A stretch of DNA of 64,000 bases from an uncultured Anaerolineales bacterium. GTDB lineage: Bacteria; Chloroflexota; Anaerolineae; Anaerolineales; UBA11858. The notes below the pieces were generated by a model. That model saw only the letters and a program-made list of their open reading frames with translations. It did no database searches and was not told where the DNA came from. How positions within the stretch are numbered: position 1 is the first letter of the stretch; each line of letters starts with the position of its first letter. The stretch spans positions 3,431 to 67,430 of the forward strand of contig CAZVIH010000022.1 of the NCBI GenBank assembly GCA_964627755.1, given 5' to 3'. This document shows, in pieces, positions 6,843 to 14,192 of this stretch. The translations under genes were made by a program, and so were the position numbers.

Positions 6843-7985
6843 TTACCTGGACAGCGGGAGCGTGAACCAGAACAGCGACCCATGCCCGACTTTGCTCTTG
6901 ACCCCGATCTGCCCGCTGTGCCTCTCGATCAGCTTGCGGGCGATCCACAGCCCGACGCCGGAGCTTTTCTCGCCGCCGGTCGGTTTGACCGACAGGCGTG
7001 AAAACTCCTGGAACAACAGCGGGAGTTCCTCGTCCGGGATGCCCGGCCCGGTATCGACCACTTCGAGAACGACCTCGCGATCCTGCCCCCGGGTGCGCAC
7101 GCCGACCGTCGCCCCGCGCGGGCTGAACTTGATCGCATTGCTCACCAGGTTGCTGATCACCTGCACCAGCCGGTCGGGGTCGCCGTTCGTCTCCGGCAGC
7201 GACGGATCGAGCATCATCCGCACCTCGACCTCTTTCTCGTCCGCGTATGCCTGGAACTGGTCGACCACCGATTCTACCAGGGCGTTGAGCGACACCGGCT
7301 GGAGGGTCATGTTGATTTCGCCCGTGCGGATTTCCTGGAGGTCGAGGAAGTCGTTGACAATCGAACGCATCACGCCGGAAGCGCCGCGCATCGTCGTGAT
7401 CAGCTTGTCGAAATTGTCGATTTCGGCCCCCGACTGCCCGTAGAACCGGTCCAGAAGGTCGATGCCCAGCACGATATTGTTGAGCGGGTTGCGCAGGTCG
7501 TGGGCGGCAATCTGGAGGAATTTGTCTTTGAGGCTGCTCAGGTTGCTCAACTCGACGATGTCCCGCTGGCGCTGGTCTTGCAGCCCTTTCATTTTTAGCT
7601 GCGTACGCACCCTTGCCGAGAGCACCTCGTACTGGGGCGGTTTGGTGATATAGTCGTTGGCCCCCAGGTCCAGGCCCTGCACCACGTCGCTGACATCGCC
7701 GGAAGCGGTGACCATGATCACCGGCAGTTCCTCGGTGCCGGGGTTGGCCCGCAGCCGTTCCAGCAGTTCCATCCCGGTGATCTTCGGCATGTTGACATCC
7801 AGCAGCACGCAGTCGGGGGGATTGGCTTTCAGCGCTTCCAACCCGTCAAGCGGGTCGGTATAATAGTCGGCCTGGTATCCTTCCAATACCATCTGGCGTA
7901 CCAGTACGTCGCAGGTTTCGGGGCTGTCGTCGATGATGACGATGCGCCAGACTCGTTCTTCGCCATTTTCGCCATGTTCGCCCAT
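6843..7985 (-). CDS. Hybrid response-regulator receiver / histidine kinase (REC-HisKA-HATPase_c, no sensor domain)
   Basis: REC motifs: IVIIDDS, LLDVNMP, VIMVTA, ANDYITKP. H-box: FLQIAAHDLRNPLNNI. ATPase motifs: LVSNAIKF, DTGPGIPDEE, GVGLWIARKLIE. Confidence 0.85.
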   Translation of the reverse strand: MGEHGENGEERVWRIVIIDDSPETCDVLVRQMVLEGYQADYYTDPLDGLEALKANPPDCVLLDVNMPKITGMELLERLRANPGTEELPVIMVTASGDVSDVVQGLDLGANDYITKPPQYEVLSARVRTQLKMKGLQDQRQRDIVELSNLSSLKDKFLQIAAHDLRNPLNNIVLGIDLLDRFYGQSGAEIDNFDKLITTMRGASGVMRSIVNDFLDLQEIRTGEINMTLQPVSLNALVESVVDQFQAYADEKEVEVRMMLDPSLPETNGDPDRLVQVISNLVSNAIKFSPRGATVGVRTRGQDREVVLEVVDTGPGIPDEELPLLFQEFSRLSVKPTGGEKSSGVGLWIARKLIERHSGQIGVKSKVGHGSLFWFTLPLSR

Positions 7986-8228
7986 CTTCGCGGCTTCCTC
8001 TCAATCCATCGCTGGTTCGGTAAATGTATTTCCGATCACTCACGGAGCAACCCGATTTTACAATAGCACAGTCGTCATGCAACTACAACCGCCATGCCGG
8101 TCCTGATTGACCGGTGTTACCTTTCCGTAGCCGGTGCCGACCGGCGGGCGATCCCCGCCGGTTGACGCGCCCCGGTGCCTGTGTTACGCTGGGGGCCGGT
8201 CGGATAAGCGGATACGGAGGAGGTTGCG

Positions 8229-8348
8229 ATGGCTGTTTCATTGACGGTGCTGGCGGTGGTCATCATCTGCGCGGTGCTGCTGGTGGGGATTGTCGGCATG
8301 GCGGTGATAGTGTTCTTCGCCGTGCGGGATCGAAAAAAGGATCAGTAG
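8229..8348 (+). CDS. Possible 39-aa single-TM peptide (below the ORF-track size cutoff)
   Basis: ATG at 8229 is preceded by GGAGGAGG (8216-8223). The peptide is MAVSLTVLAVVIICAVLLVGIVGMAVIVFFAVRDRKKDQ, with stop TAG at 8346-8348. It lies 30 nt upstream of the SGNH gene. Confidence 0.35.
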   Translation: MAVSLTVLAVVIICAVLLVGIVGMAVIVFFAVRDRKKDQ

Positions 8349-8378
8349 CGTCTTTGCTTTGCAGGAGAACCATACGGT

Positions 8379-9062
8379 ATGAAGATCGGATTTTTCGGCG
8401 ACAGCCTGACCGAAGCGCTCCCCGGCGTCAATTACGTCGACAGGGTTCGGGCGATGCTGCCCGGCGACACGATCCTGAATTACGGGCGGGCAGGCGATAC
8501 GGTGATCACGCTCGACCGGCGCATCCGTAAGATCGAGATCGACGCACCGCTGGACGTGGCCGTGATCTGGATCGGCGTCAACGAGGTGCTGCGCGAGATT
8601 TCGCCGCTGTACTCGCTGTTGAACGATCTGCGGGGCATACCGCGTTCCGACTCGCCGGAGGTGTTCCGCGCGGTCTATACGGAAGTGCTCGACTTCCTGG
8701 GCGACCGCGCCGCGCGGCTGATCGCCGCGCCGCCGGTGCTGATCGGCGAGAACCTCGACAACCGCTACTGCCGCAAGCTGGCCGATCTTGCCGCCATCGA
8801 GAAGGAACTGGTCGAGGCGCGGGCCGATGGCGATTACGTCGATCTCGCGGAAATCTACCGCCGGGCGCTGGCCGGTAAATCGATCTCCGGCTACCTGCCA
8901 AATAAGGGACTGCGCATCCTGCTCGATACCCGGCTGACCGACGAGCAGATCGACGAAATGTCGGCGCGGCGCGGGCTTCACGTCACGCTCGACGGGGTTC
9001 ACCTGAACGGCGAAGGGGCGCGGCTGGCGGCGGAGGCGTTCGTGGGGGCGATCAGGGGGTAG
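8379..9062 (+). CDS. SGNH/GDSL-family hydrolase (esterase/lipase-like)
   Basis: Block I is FFGDSLT, the Gly block is GRAGDT, the GxN block is WIGVNE, and the catalytic DxxH is DGVHLN near the C-terminus. Confidence 0.8.
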   Translation: MKIGFFGDSLTEALPGVNYVDRVRAMLPGDTILNYGRAGDTVITLDRRIRKIEIDAPLDVAVIWIGVNEVLREISPLYSLLNDLRGIPRSDSPEVFRAVYTEVLDFLGDRAARLIAAPPVLIGENLDNRYCRKLADLAAIEKELVEARADGDYVDLAEIYRRALAGKSISGYLPNKGLRILLDTRLTDEQIDEMSARRGLHVTLDGVHLNGEGARLAAEAFVGAIRG

Positions 9063-9187
9063 GGCTTTGCTGCATTACTTGATCAATGGGCTGGGGCTGT
9101 TCCTGCGGCGGTTCAATAAGGCGGCGGGGCGATGACAGCCTGATCCTCGCTTTTGGGTGAAAATGTGGCTTGATCAAATAGCCGGGC

Positions 9188-9212
9188 GTAGGGGCGACCC
9201 TGGCGGTCGCCC
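9188..9212. repeat. Short copy of module-3 palindrome
   Basis: GTAGGGGCGACC-CTGGC-GGTCGCCC lies in the convergent intergenic region. It has the same GTAGGGGCGACC/GGTCGCCC arms as 2292-2349. Confidence 0.6.
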
Positions 9213-9225
9213 GGTGACTCCCCTG

Positions 9226-10131
9226 TCAAGCCGCGTCTTTCCCATTGAGATGCACCAGATCGTACATCCTCGGCAGGTGATCGGCGAGGACGTGCGCATC
9301 GGCGATCTGCTCCCAGGGCACGCCGACCCCGCCGTATTCGTAGGTCGCCACCCAGGGGGCGGCCCACGCGCCGGAGTGGATATTGTCCATCGCCCAGGTG
9401 AAGACCGCCATGTCGTCGGCGGTCATCGGCATGTGATCCATCGTCTGCCCGGCGCGGGCGTCGAGCAGGTCGGCATCGAACCCGGCTTCGCGCAGCGTCT
9501 CGCTCCAGGCCCCTTCGACGGTGCGTATCCCGGTGACGTGCAGCTCGCGCAGGCGGTCGACGGGCAGGGCGCTGATATACTCCCGCTCGTCGACGCCCAG
9601 GCTCCCGGCGGCGAGACGTGCGTGGGCGATGTCGAGCAGGAAGCCGCAGCCGGTTTCGTCGACCACCTGATTGACGACGCCGGGCAGCATCACCGGGCGG
9701 ATCATCCTCTCGTAGATGTCGGGGACGTTCTCGACGATCACCCGCTCCGGGCCGAAGCGCCGCGTCATCGCCTCGACATCGCGGATCAGGTTGGCGGTGA
9801 TCATCTCGACGTGGGCCGGGTCGGTGGTATCGGGGGGGATATCGGGGAAGTCGCGGGAATCGACCCATAGGTGGGCGTTGACCAGCGGCGTACCTGTCCG
9901 TTTCAGAAGGTCTTCGAACTTCAGCCAGTCGGCGGGACGCTTCGTTTCGGTGTCGAGGGCATCGTCAATGCCCAGGCCGACTTTCAGCGGGAAGTGAACG
10001 TAGGCAGGGAACTCGGCGCTGATCTCGTCGACGAGATCGGGCCAGGCCGGGCATTTGAACAGGTCGATAGTGATCTCACCCCGGCGGAGAAGATCGGCGG
10101 CTTTGCGTGAATAGTTGACGGCCAGTTTCAT
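9226..10131 (-). CDS. TIM-barrel protein, xylose-isomerase-like / possibly DUF692-like (function uncertain)
   Basis: The 301-aa ORF has a consistent GC3-rich frame. The N-terminus MKLAVNYSRKAADLLRRGEITIDLFKCPAWPDLVDE resembles uncharacterised TIM-barrel proteins often annotated DUF692. This rests on memory, not on a search. Confidence 0.45.
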   Translation of the reverse strand: MKLAVNYSRKAADLLRRGEITIDLFKCPAWPDLVDEISAEFPAYVHFPLKVGLGIDDALDTETKRPADWLKFEDLLKRTGTPLVNAHLWVDSRDFPDIPPDTTDPAHVEMITANLIRDVEAMTRRFGPERVIVENVPDIYERMIRPVMLPGVVNQVVDETGCGFLLDIAHARLAAGSLGVDEREYISALPVDRLRELHVTGIRTVEGAWSETLREAGFDADLLDARAGQTMDHMPMTADDMAVFTWAMDNIHSGAWAAPWVATYEYGGVGVPWEQIADAHVLADHLPRMYDLVHLNGKDAA

Positions 10132-10316
10132 TGTGGCTCCTTTTGGCTATCGAGGGGATTGTACCACGGATAATCAGCCAAAGGCTGATTAATAGGAGTT
10201 TTGACTGTGTCAAAACATCCACCTGGGCAGGGGGATCGACGGGAAACCGCCGTCGGCGCGGCGGCTGCCCTGCGGCCTTTCCGTGTGGTGCGAAGTCGGT
10301 AGTCCGCTTCGGTGGC

Positions 10317-10345
10317 TTGTCAAGATTTTCCCATTGACTTATGCT
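10317..10345 (+). promoter_or_regulatory. Candidate sigma70-type promoter for the methyltransferase gene
   Basis: TTGTCA (10317-10322), 17 nt spacer, TATGCT (10340-10345), 36 nt upstream of the ATG at 10382. Confidence 0.3.
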
Positions 10346-10381
10346 GTCTGGTGGCTGGCTCATCAGTAGAAACGGACTGAC

Positions 10382-11053
10382 ATGAATCCCTTTGACGATC
10401 CTGCTCTTGCTTCTAATTATGAAGCCTGGTATCAAACTATTGGCCGCCGGTCCGACCAGTTGGAAAAGGAACTGCTGGCATGGTTGATGACCAGGTTCCC
10501 AACGGCTTCTACGCTGCTTGAAGTGGGCTGCGGCAGCGGTCACTTTACACGCTGGTTTAAGAGAGAAGCGTTGCAGGTTTCCGGCCTGGACCTTTCTTTT
10601 CCCATGCTGTCCGAAGCGATACACCTGAATGGTATGCCATACGTACTCGGTGATGCGCTGACGCTGCCTTTCGCCGATAACACCTTCGATCTGGTGACCC
10701 TGATTACAGCCCTGGAATTTGTGTCGGAACCGCAGTTGGCGCTGGCGGAGGCGCTGCGAGTCGCGGAGCAGGGATTGATATTAGGCATTCTGAACCGCCA
10801 GAGCCTCCTGGGACGGCAGTATCGTCGGGCGGGGGGGCCGATATGGGAGGCATCCCGTTTCTTCACACCAGGCGAAATGATCCAACACGTGCGCCGGGTT
10901 GCCAAGAGACCTGTTGAAATAACATGGAGAACGACACTATGGCCTCTTTGGTCAGAAGCGCTTCCTCTTCCCTGGGGAGGCTTTATCGGTATGGCGTGTC
11001 GATTTCTTGCAAAAGGCAAAATCCTGTATAATGGTAGCGGAAACCAACTTTAA
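10382..11053 (+). CDS. Class I SAM-dependent methyltransferase
   Basis: Motif I is LLEVGCGSGHFT, the post-I acidic residue is in GLDLS, and motif II-like is ADNTFDLV. Confidence 0.8.
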   Translation: MNPFDDPALASNYEAWYQTIGRRSDQLEKELLAWLMTRFPTASTLLEVGCGSGHFTRWFKREALQVSGLDLSFPMLSEAIHLNGMPYVLGDALTLPFADNTFDLVTLITALEFVSEPQLALAEALRVAEQGLILGILNRQSLLGRQYRRAGGPIWEASRFFTPGEMIQHVRRVAKRPVEITWRTTLWPLWSEALPLPWGGFIGMACRFLAKGKILYNGSGNQL

Positions 11054-11082
11054 TTATTCTTAGAGTATGATGGGGGGCAGTC

Positions 11083-11916
11083 GTGAATCGCTCACTCAAA
11101 ACGAGCCTGGGTGCTCGGATCAGTCTGGTAGTTGTTATCGTAACGATCATTGCCTTGTTTGCGCCGATCATGGTGTCGGCCCAGGATATACCGACCGGCC
11201 TCGTCCAGACCGACGCGCTGAACGTCCGCTCCGGGGCAGGCCCGGCCTACCCGGTGGTGGCGACGGTGCATTACGGTGATTACGTCTACCTGCTGGGGCG
11301 CGACAGCGCCAGCCTGTGGGTGTACGTCCGGTTGTTCGACAATGTCACCGAGGGATGGCTCAATTCGAAATATATCCGCTCGACGGTGACGATCAGTTCG
11401 CTGCCGCAGATGGCCGATTATGAAGCCTCGGCGATTGTGCTGGCCTATACGCTCAATATCCGCTCCGGCCCCAGTTCGACTTACCCGATAGTCGGCACGG
11501 TCACCCAGTTGAATTTCGTGCAGATGCTTGAACGCGATACGAACGGCATCTGGGTGAAAATCCGCACCAATTCGGGCGTGATCGGCTGGGTACATTCCGG
11601 CTGGCTCTCACCGCTGTCGTCGATCAACGACCTGGCGGCGGCCCCGGTCGAAAGTCTCCCGGCGACGGAAGCCTATGTCCCGACGGCAACGGTGACGGCC
11701 TACGCGCTGAATGTCCGCACCGGCCCCGATATAGCCTACCCGCCGATTACGGTCATATATGCGGGTCACTATGTCACGCTGCTGGGGCGCGATACCTGGG
11801 GCGTGTGGGTCAAGATCAGGACGGCGTCGGGCACCGAGGGATGGGTGCATACCCACTGGATCAATACTCATGGCACCGATGTGATGACCCTGCCCGACAT
11901 GACGCCCACCTATTGA
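11083..11916 (+). CDS. Secreted protein with three bacterial SH3 (SH3b) repeats
   Basis: GTG start and an N-terminal signal/TM segment. Three repeats of ALNVRSGP...YP.V..V..G..V.LLGRD..G.WVKIR...G..GWV. Confidence 0.75.
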   Translation: MNRSLKTSLGARISLVVVIVTIIALFAPIMVSAQDIPTGLVQTDALNVRSGAGPAYPVVATVHYGDYVYLLGRDSASLWVYVRLFDNVTEGWLNSKYIRSTVTISSLPQMADYEASAIVLAYTLNIRSGPSSTYPIVGTVTQLNFVQMLERDTNGIWVKIRTNSGVIGWVHSGWLSPLSSINDLAAAPVESLPATEAYVPTATVTAYALNVRTGPDIAYPPITVIYAGHYVTLLGRDTWGVWVKIRTASGTEGWVHTHWINTHGTDVMTLPDMTPTY

Positions 11917-12038
11917 TCCCGGCATCGGGTGGGTGCGTTGTCGATCAACATGCAGCGATTCGGGTATGAAACCGGTTTGATCCCGGCGCGCTGTCCAGCA
12001 TAATAACCATCGACAGTATTTCTATACGCCGCAGTGAA

Positions 12039-12076
12039 GCGGGCGCGGGTGCAGGGTTGTCCACGCCCGCCTTTTT
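12039..12076 (+). terminator. Intrinsic terminator-like hairpin
   Basis: GCGGGCG (12039-12045) pairs with CGCCCGC (12064-12070) and is followed by CTTTTTG. It lies about 120 nt after the SH3b stop. Confidence 0.45.
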
Positions 12077-12252
12077 GTATCTATCGGCCACCTGGGTGAT
12101 TCCCGTCTCCCCCAGATGGCCGATATTGATATCGGCCACCCGGCCCGGATCAAGTTAGCTCCCGCGCCTGATGTTCCAATGTTTGTTTAGAGTTATAGTT
12201 AAGTTTGAATTAACAGAACATAGGAATGGAATTATAGCGAGAGTTGATTATT

Positions 12253-12774
12253 ATGTACAAAGAAGATGTTACTCTACATGGTATGAAACCAACCGGACAA
12301 TTAGAACTTGGGATCGATATTGACGACTTCCTGGCAATGGTCAGCCTGGGGGGGTACCGGCACAGCGTGCAGCAGTTTCAGGTCGTTCCGAACAAGATGG
12401 AATCCTTTTGCGAGGGGATCAACTGGCGAGTTGTTCTATACCCCCACCTGCACAATGCTGTTGCACTTCCCCTTGAAATCCGGGGCGACTCGATTTTAGG
12501 AATCAAGACACCCACCTCACCCGATGTCGATATCGACCTGCAGGCCTGGGATGGGTACCGGCTTGGCGTCAGCCGGAAGCATCTCTGTTTGCGACCGACG
12601 GCTCACAAGCTGTATGTCTTCGATCTGGGCAGCACCAACGGCACCTATGTCAACGGTCTGCCGCTCGGAGGCAGCCAGGCACATGGCCTCGGTAACGGTG
12701 ACGTGCTAACAATCGGCCAACTGCACATCACCGTCAGCCTGGTAGACAAGAACAAACAGGGGTTGGTTTCGTAG
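12253..12774 (+). CDS. FHA-domain protein, paralogue 1
   Basis: FHA core is LGVSRKHLCLRPTAHKLYVFDLGSTNGTYVNGLPL...GDVLTIGQLHITV. The ATG at 12253 is preferred over the TTG at 12244. Confidence 0.75.
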   Translation: MYKEDVTLHGMKPTGQLELGIDIDDFLAMVSLGGYRHSVQQFQVVPNKMESFCEGINWRVVLYPHLHNAVALPLEIRGDSILGIKTPTSPDVDIDLQAWDGYRLGVSRKHLCLRPTAHKLYVFDLGSTNGTYVNGLPLGGSQAHGLGNGDVLTIGQLHITVSLVDKNKQGLVS

Positions 12775-13001
12775 GTATCGTTGCTATTTATTTTAGTGGT
12801 AGATTTCAGAAGGTCGAGGGTCGGCGCGGAGCCGCCCTCGTTTCTTTTTCCTGTTATCGGCCACCAGGCTGATATCCAGATCACCCACCCGGCGGTGAGA
12901 ATTCGACCCTTAGCCTGATGTCCGGTCGGGTTGAACGGTTTAAGATTGAATATATTAGAACTGATTGTATCTGTAAACCCGGATCACGGAGGGCCGTTCA
13001 A

Positions 13002-13502
13002 ATGATAATGAGAACCACCGAACACCTCGATACAACGCCTGATCTCCACCTTTGCGCGGCCACGGCTGTTTCACTGGGCAGGCTGCCCGACCAGTCCGAT
13101 TTTTGGGTGGTGCCGCGTGTCAGCCTGAACAGCCCGGAGGGGCTGTACTGGCGCATCGTTCTCAGCCCGCACCTTTCAGAACTGCCGCTGTTCCCGCTGG
13201 AGATTCGTGGGGACGTGGTGATGGGACTCCGCACCCCGGAAACCCCGGCGGTCGACATCGACCTGAAGAAGTGGAACGGCTACTACCTGGGGGTCAGCCG
13301 ACGCCATCTCTGTTTCCGGCCTACCTGGAAGCGCCTCTATATCTTCGATCTGTCCAGCACCAACGGGACGTATCTCAACGGGGTGCTGCTCGGACCCAGC
13401 CGGGCGCTGCCCCTGACCGATGGCGACGTGCTGACGCTGGGGCATCTGCATATCGGGGTGAGTCTGCTGGCGCGGCCCCATATGGATATGATGCCGCAGT
13501 AG
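13002..13502 (+). CDS. FHA-domain protein, paralogue 2
   Basis: Colinear with paralogue 1 (WRIVLSPHL..LPLEIRGD, LGVSRRHLCFRPTWKRLYIFDLSSTNGTYLNGVLL, GDVLTLGHLHIGV). ATG at 13002 has GGAGGG 9 nt upstream. Confidence 0.75.
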   Translation: MIMRTTEHLDTTPDLHLCAATAVSLGRLPDQSDFWVVPRVSLNSPEGLYWRIVLSPHLSELPLFPLEIRGDVVMGLRTPETPAVDIDLKKWNGYYLGVSRRHLCFRPTWKRLYIFDLSSTNGTYLNGVLLGPSRALPLTDGDVLTLGHLHIGVSLLARPHMDMMPQ

Positions 13503-13569
13503 GCGGGCCAGATCAGAATGTTAAATTATTTGACAAGGGATACCGCGCCCGATATACTCTGAAATCCAT

Positions 13570-13641
13570 TGCGGGGTAGAGCAGAGGCAGCTCGTCGGGC
13601 TCATAACCCGGAGGTCAGTGGTTCGAATCCACTCCCCGCTA
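13570..13641 (+). tRNA. tRNA-Met (anticodon CAU), initiator-like
   Basis: Hand-folded cloverleaf:
- Acceptor stem: 13570-13576 / 13634-13640.
- D arm: GAGC-AGAGGCA-GCTC.
- Anticodon arm: TCGGG-CTCATAA-CCCGG, with CAT at 13602-13604.
- T arm: AGTGG-TTCGAAT-CCACT.
- Positions 2-7 and the three G:C pairs closing the anticodon stem match E. coli tRNA-fMet.
- Positions 1:72 form a T/T mismatch.
- CCA is not encoded. Confidence 0.9.
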
Positions 13642-13644
13642 CTT

Positions 13645-13675
13645 AAAAAAGACGCTCAACTGAGCGTCTTTTTGT
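13645..13675. terminator. Intrinsic terminator after the tRNA (bidirectional A/T flanks)
   Basis: AAAAAAGACGCT-CAACTG-AGCGTCTTTTTG. Confidence 0.7.
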
Positions 13676-13677
13676 TA

Positions 13678-14166
13678 TTAATTTTTCTCTCGCTTATAGC
13701 GGATAAATAGAATTATCAAAAATACTGGCAGTAGAAAATCCCAATAGACGATAATTCCGGTATTACTGGGGGAAAAATTACCATGATTGAGCATATCCAG
13801 GATGTGTGTTAGTCCTGCACCCCACATAAAAGTAGATTTGGCTATGATAATCGGAAACCAGAACGATTTGATCCAGAATTCCCAAAAACCTACGATACCT
13901 ATGCCAATTGCAGCAAAAGCCAGTTCCATTTGAAAACCGCTGTTCAGGGGTCAGCCGATCCCGGAAGCAACTTCATCTGCGTAAATGATGTGCCCAAATA
14001 GGCTGCTGATAACGGAAAACCAGCCCGCCAGCCCAATGATGTAGATCCACAATGGATTCAGTCCTTTTTTACTGCGTTTGGCCAGGAGATGGGCCATGAC
14101 AGAGATCAGAATAACCAGAATCTGGATGTAGATATTTAAACCTGATATTTCAAAAAAAACACTCAC
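13678..14166 (-). pseudogene. Small integral membrane protein (DUF6790-like) interrupted by one in-frame TGA
   Basis: ORFs 13951..14166 and 13678..13929 are in the same frame. They are separated only by a TGA (13951-13953) plus 7 sense codons. The joined product reads ...ADEVASGIG*PLNSGFQMELAFAAIGIG... and has 4-5 TM helices. Confidence 0.5.
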
Positions 14167-14192
14167 TATTAGTTCTTGTTTTACTTATTTCA

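Noticed and set aside
73-9870. Many long antisense or alternative-frame ORFs in the GC-rich part: 73..387-, 345..644+, 616..972-, 1040..1405-, 1791..2228-, 2396..3058-, 3055..3711-, 3104..3679-, 3683..4105-, 4702..5181-, 8238..9002-, 9113..9868-, 9157..9870+.
   Set aside because: They overlap ORFs with recognisable family motifs or better start contexts. They have Arg/Pro/Gly/Ala-rich low-complexity translations typical of open frames generated by high GC content. They lack Shine-Dalgarno sequences.
11945-12139. A 64-aa minus-strand ORF between the SH3b and FHA genes.
   Set aside because: It spans a terminator hairpin and a perfect palindrome, has no ribosome-binding site, and runs antisense to the likely FHA promoter region.
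1-13641. The whole GC-rich segment as a prophage or island integrated into the tRNA-Met gene.
   Set aside because: Phage genes occupy only 1-5618. No integrase is in view. The segment lies on the 5' side of the tRNA, whereas tRNA-targeting elements normally sit at the 3' side. I found no duplicated tRNA 3' segment: only a 9-mer, TTCGAATCC, at 32452-32460, which is compatible with chance. The question is kept only as an open composition/assembly issue.
13951-13953. The in-frame TGA as evidence for an alternative genetic code (UGA=Trp/Gly) or selenocysteine.
   Set aside because: The neighbouring metF ends with tandem TGA TGA followed closely by TAA, and other genes in the window terminate at TGA with sensible lengths. 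I noticed no SECIS-like hairpin directly downstream. A simple nonsense mutation or a base-call error is more parsimonious.
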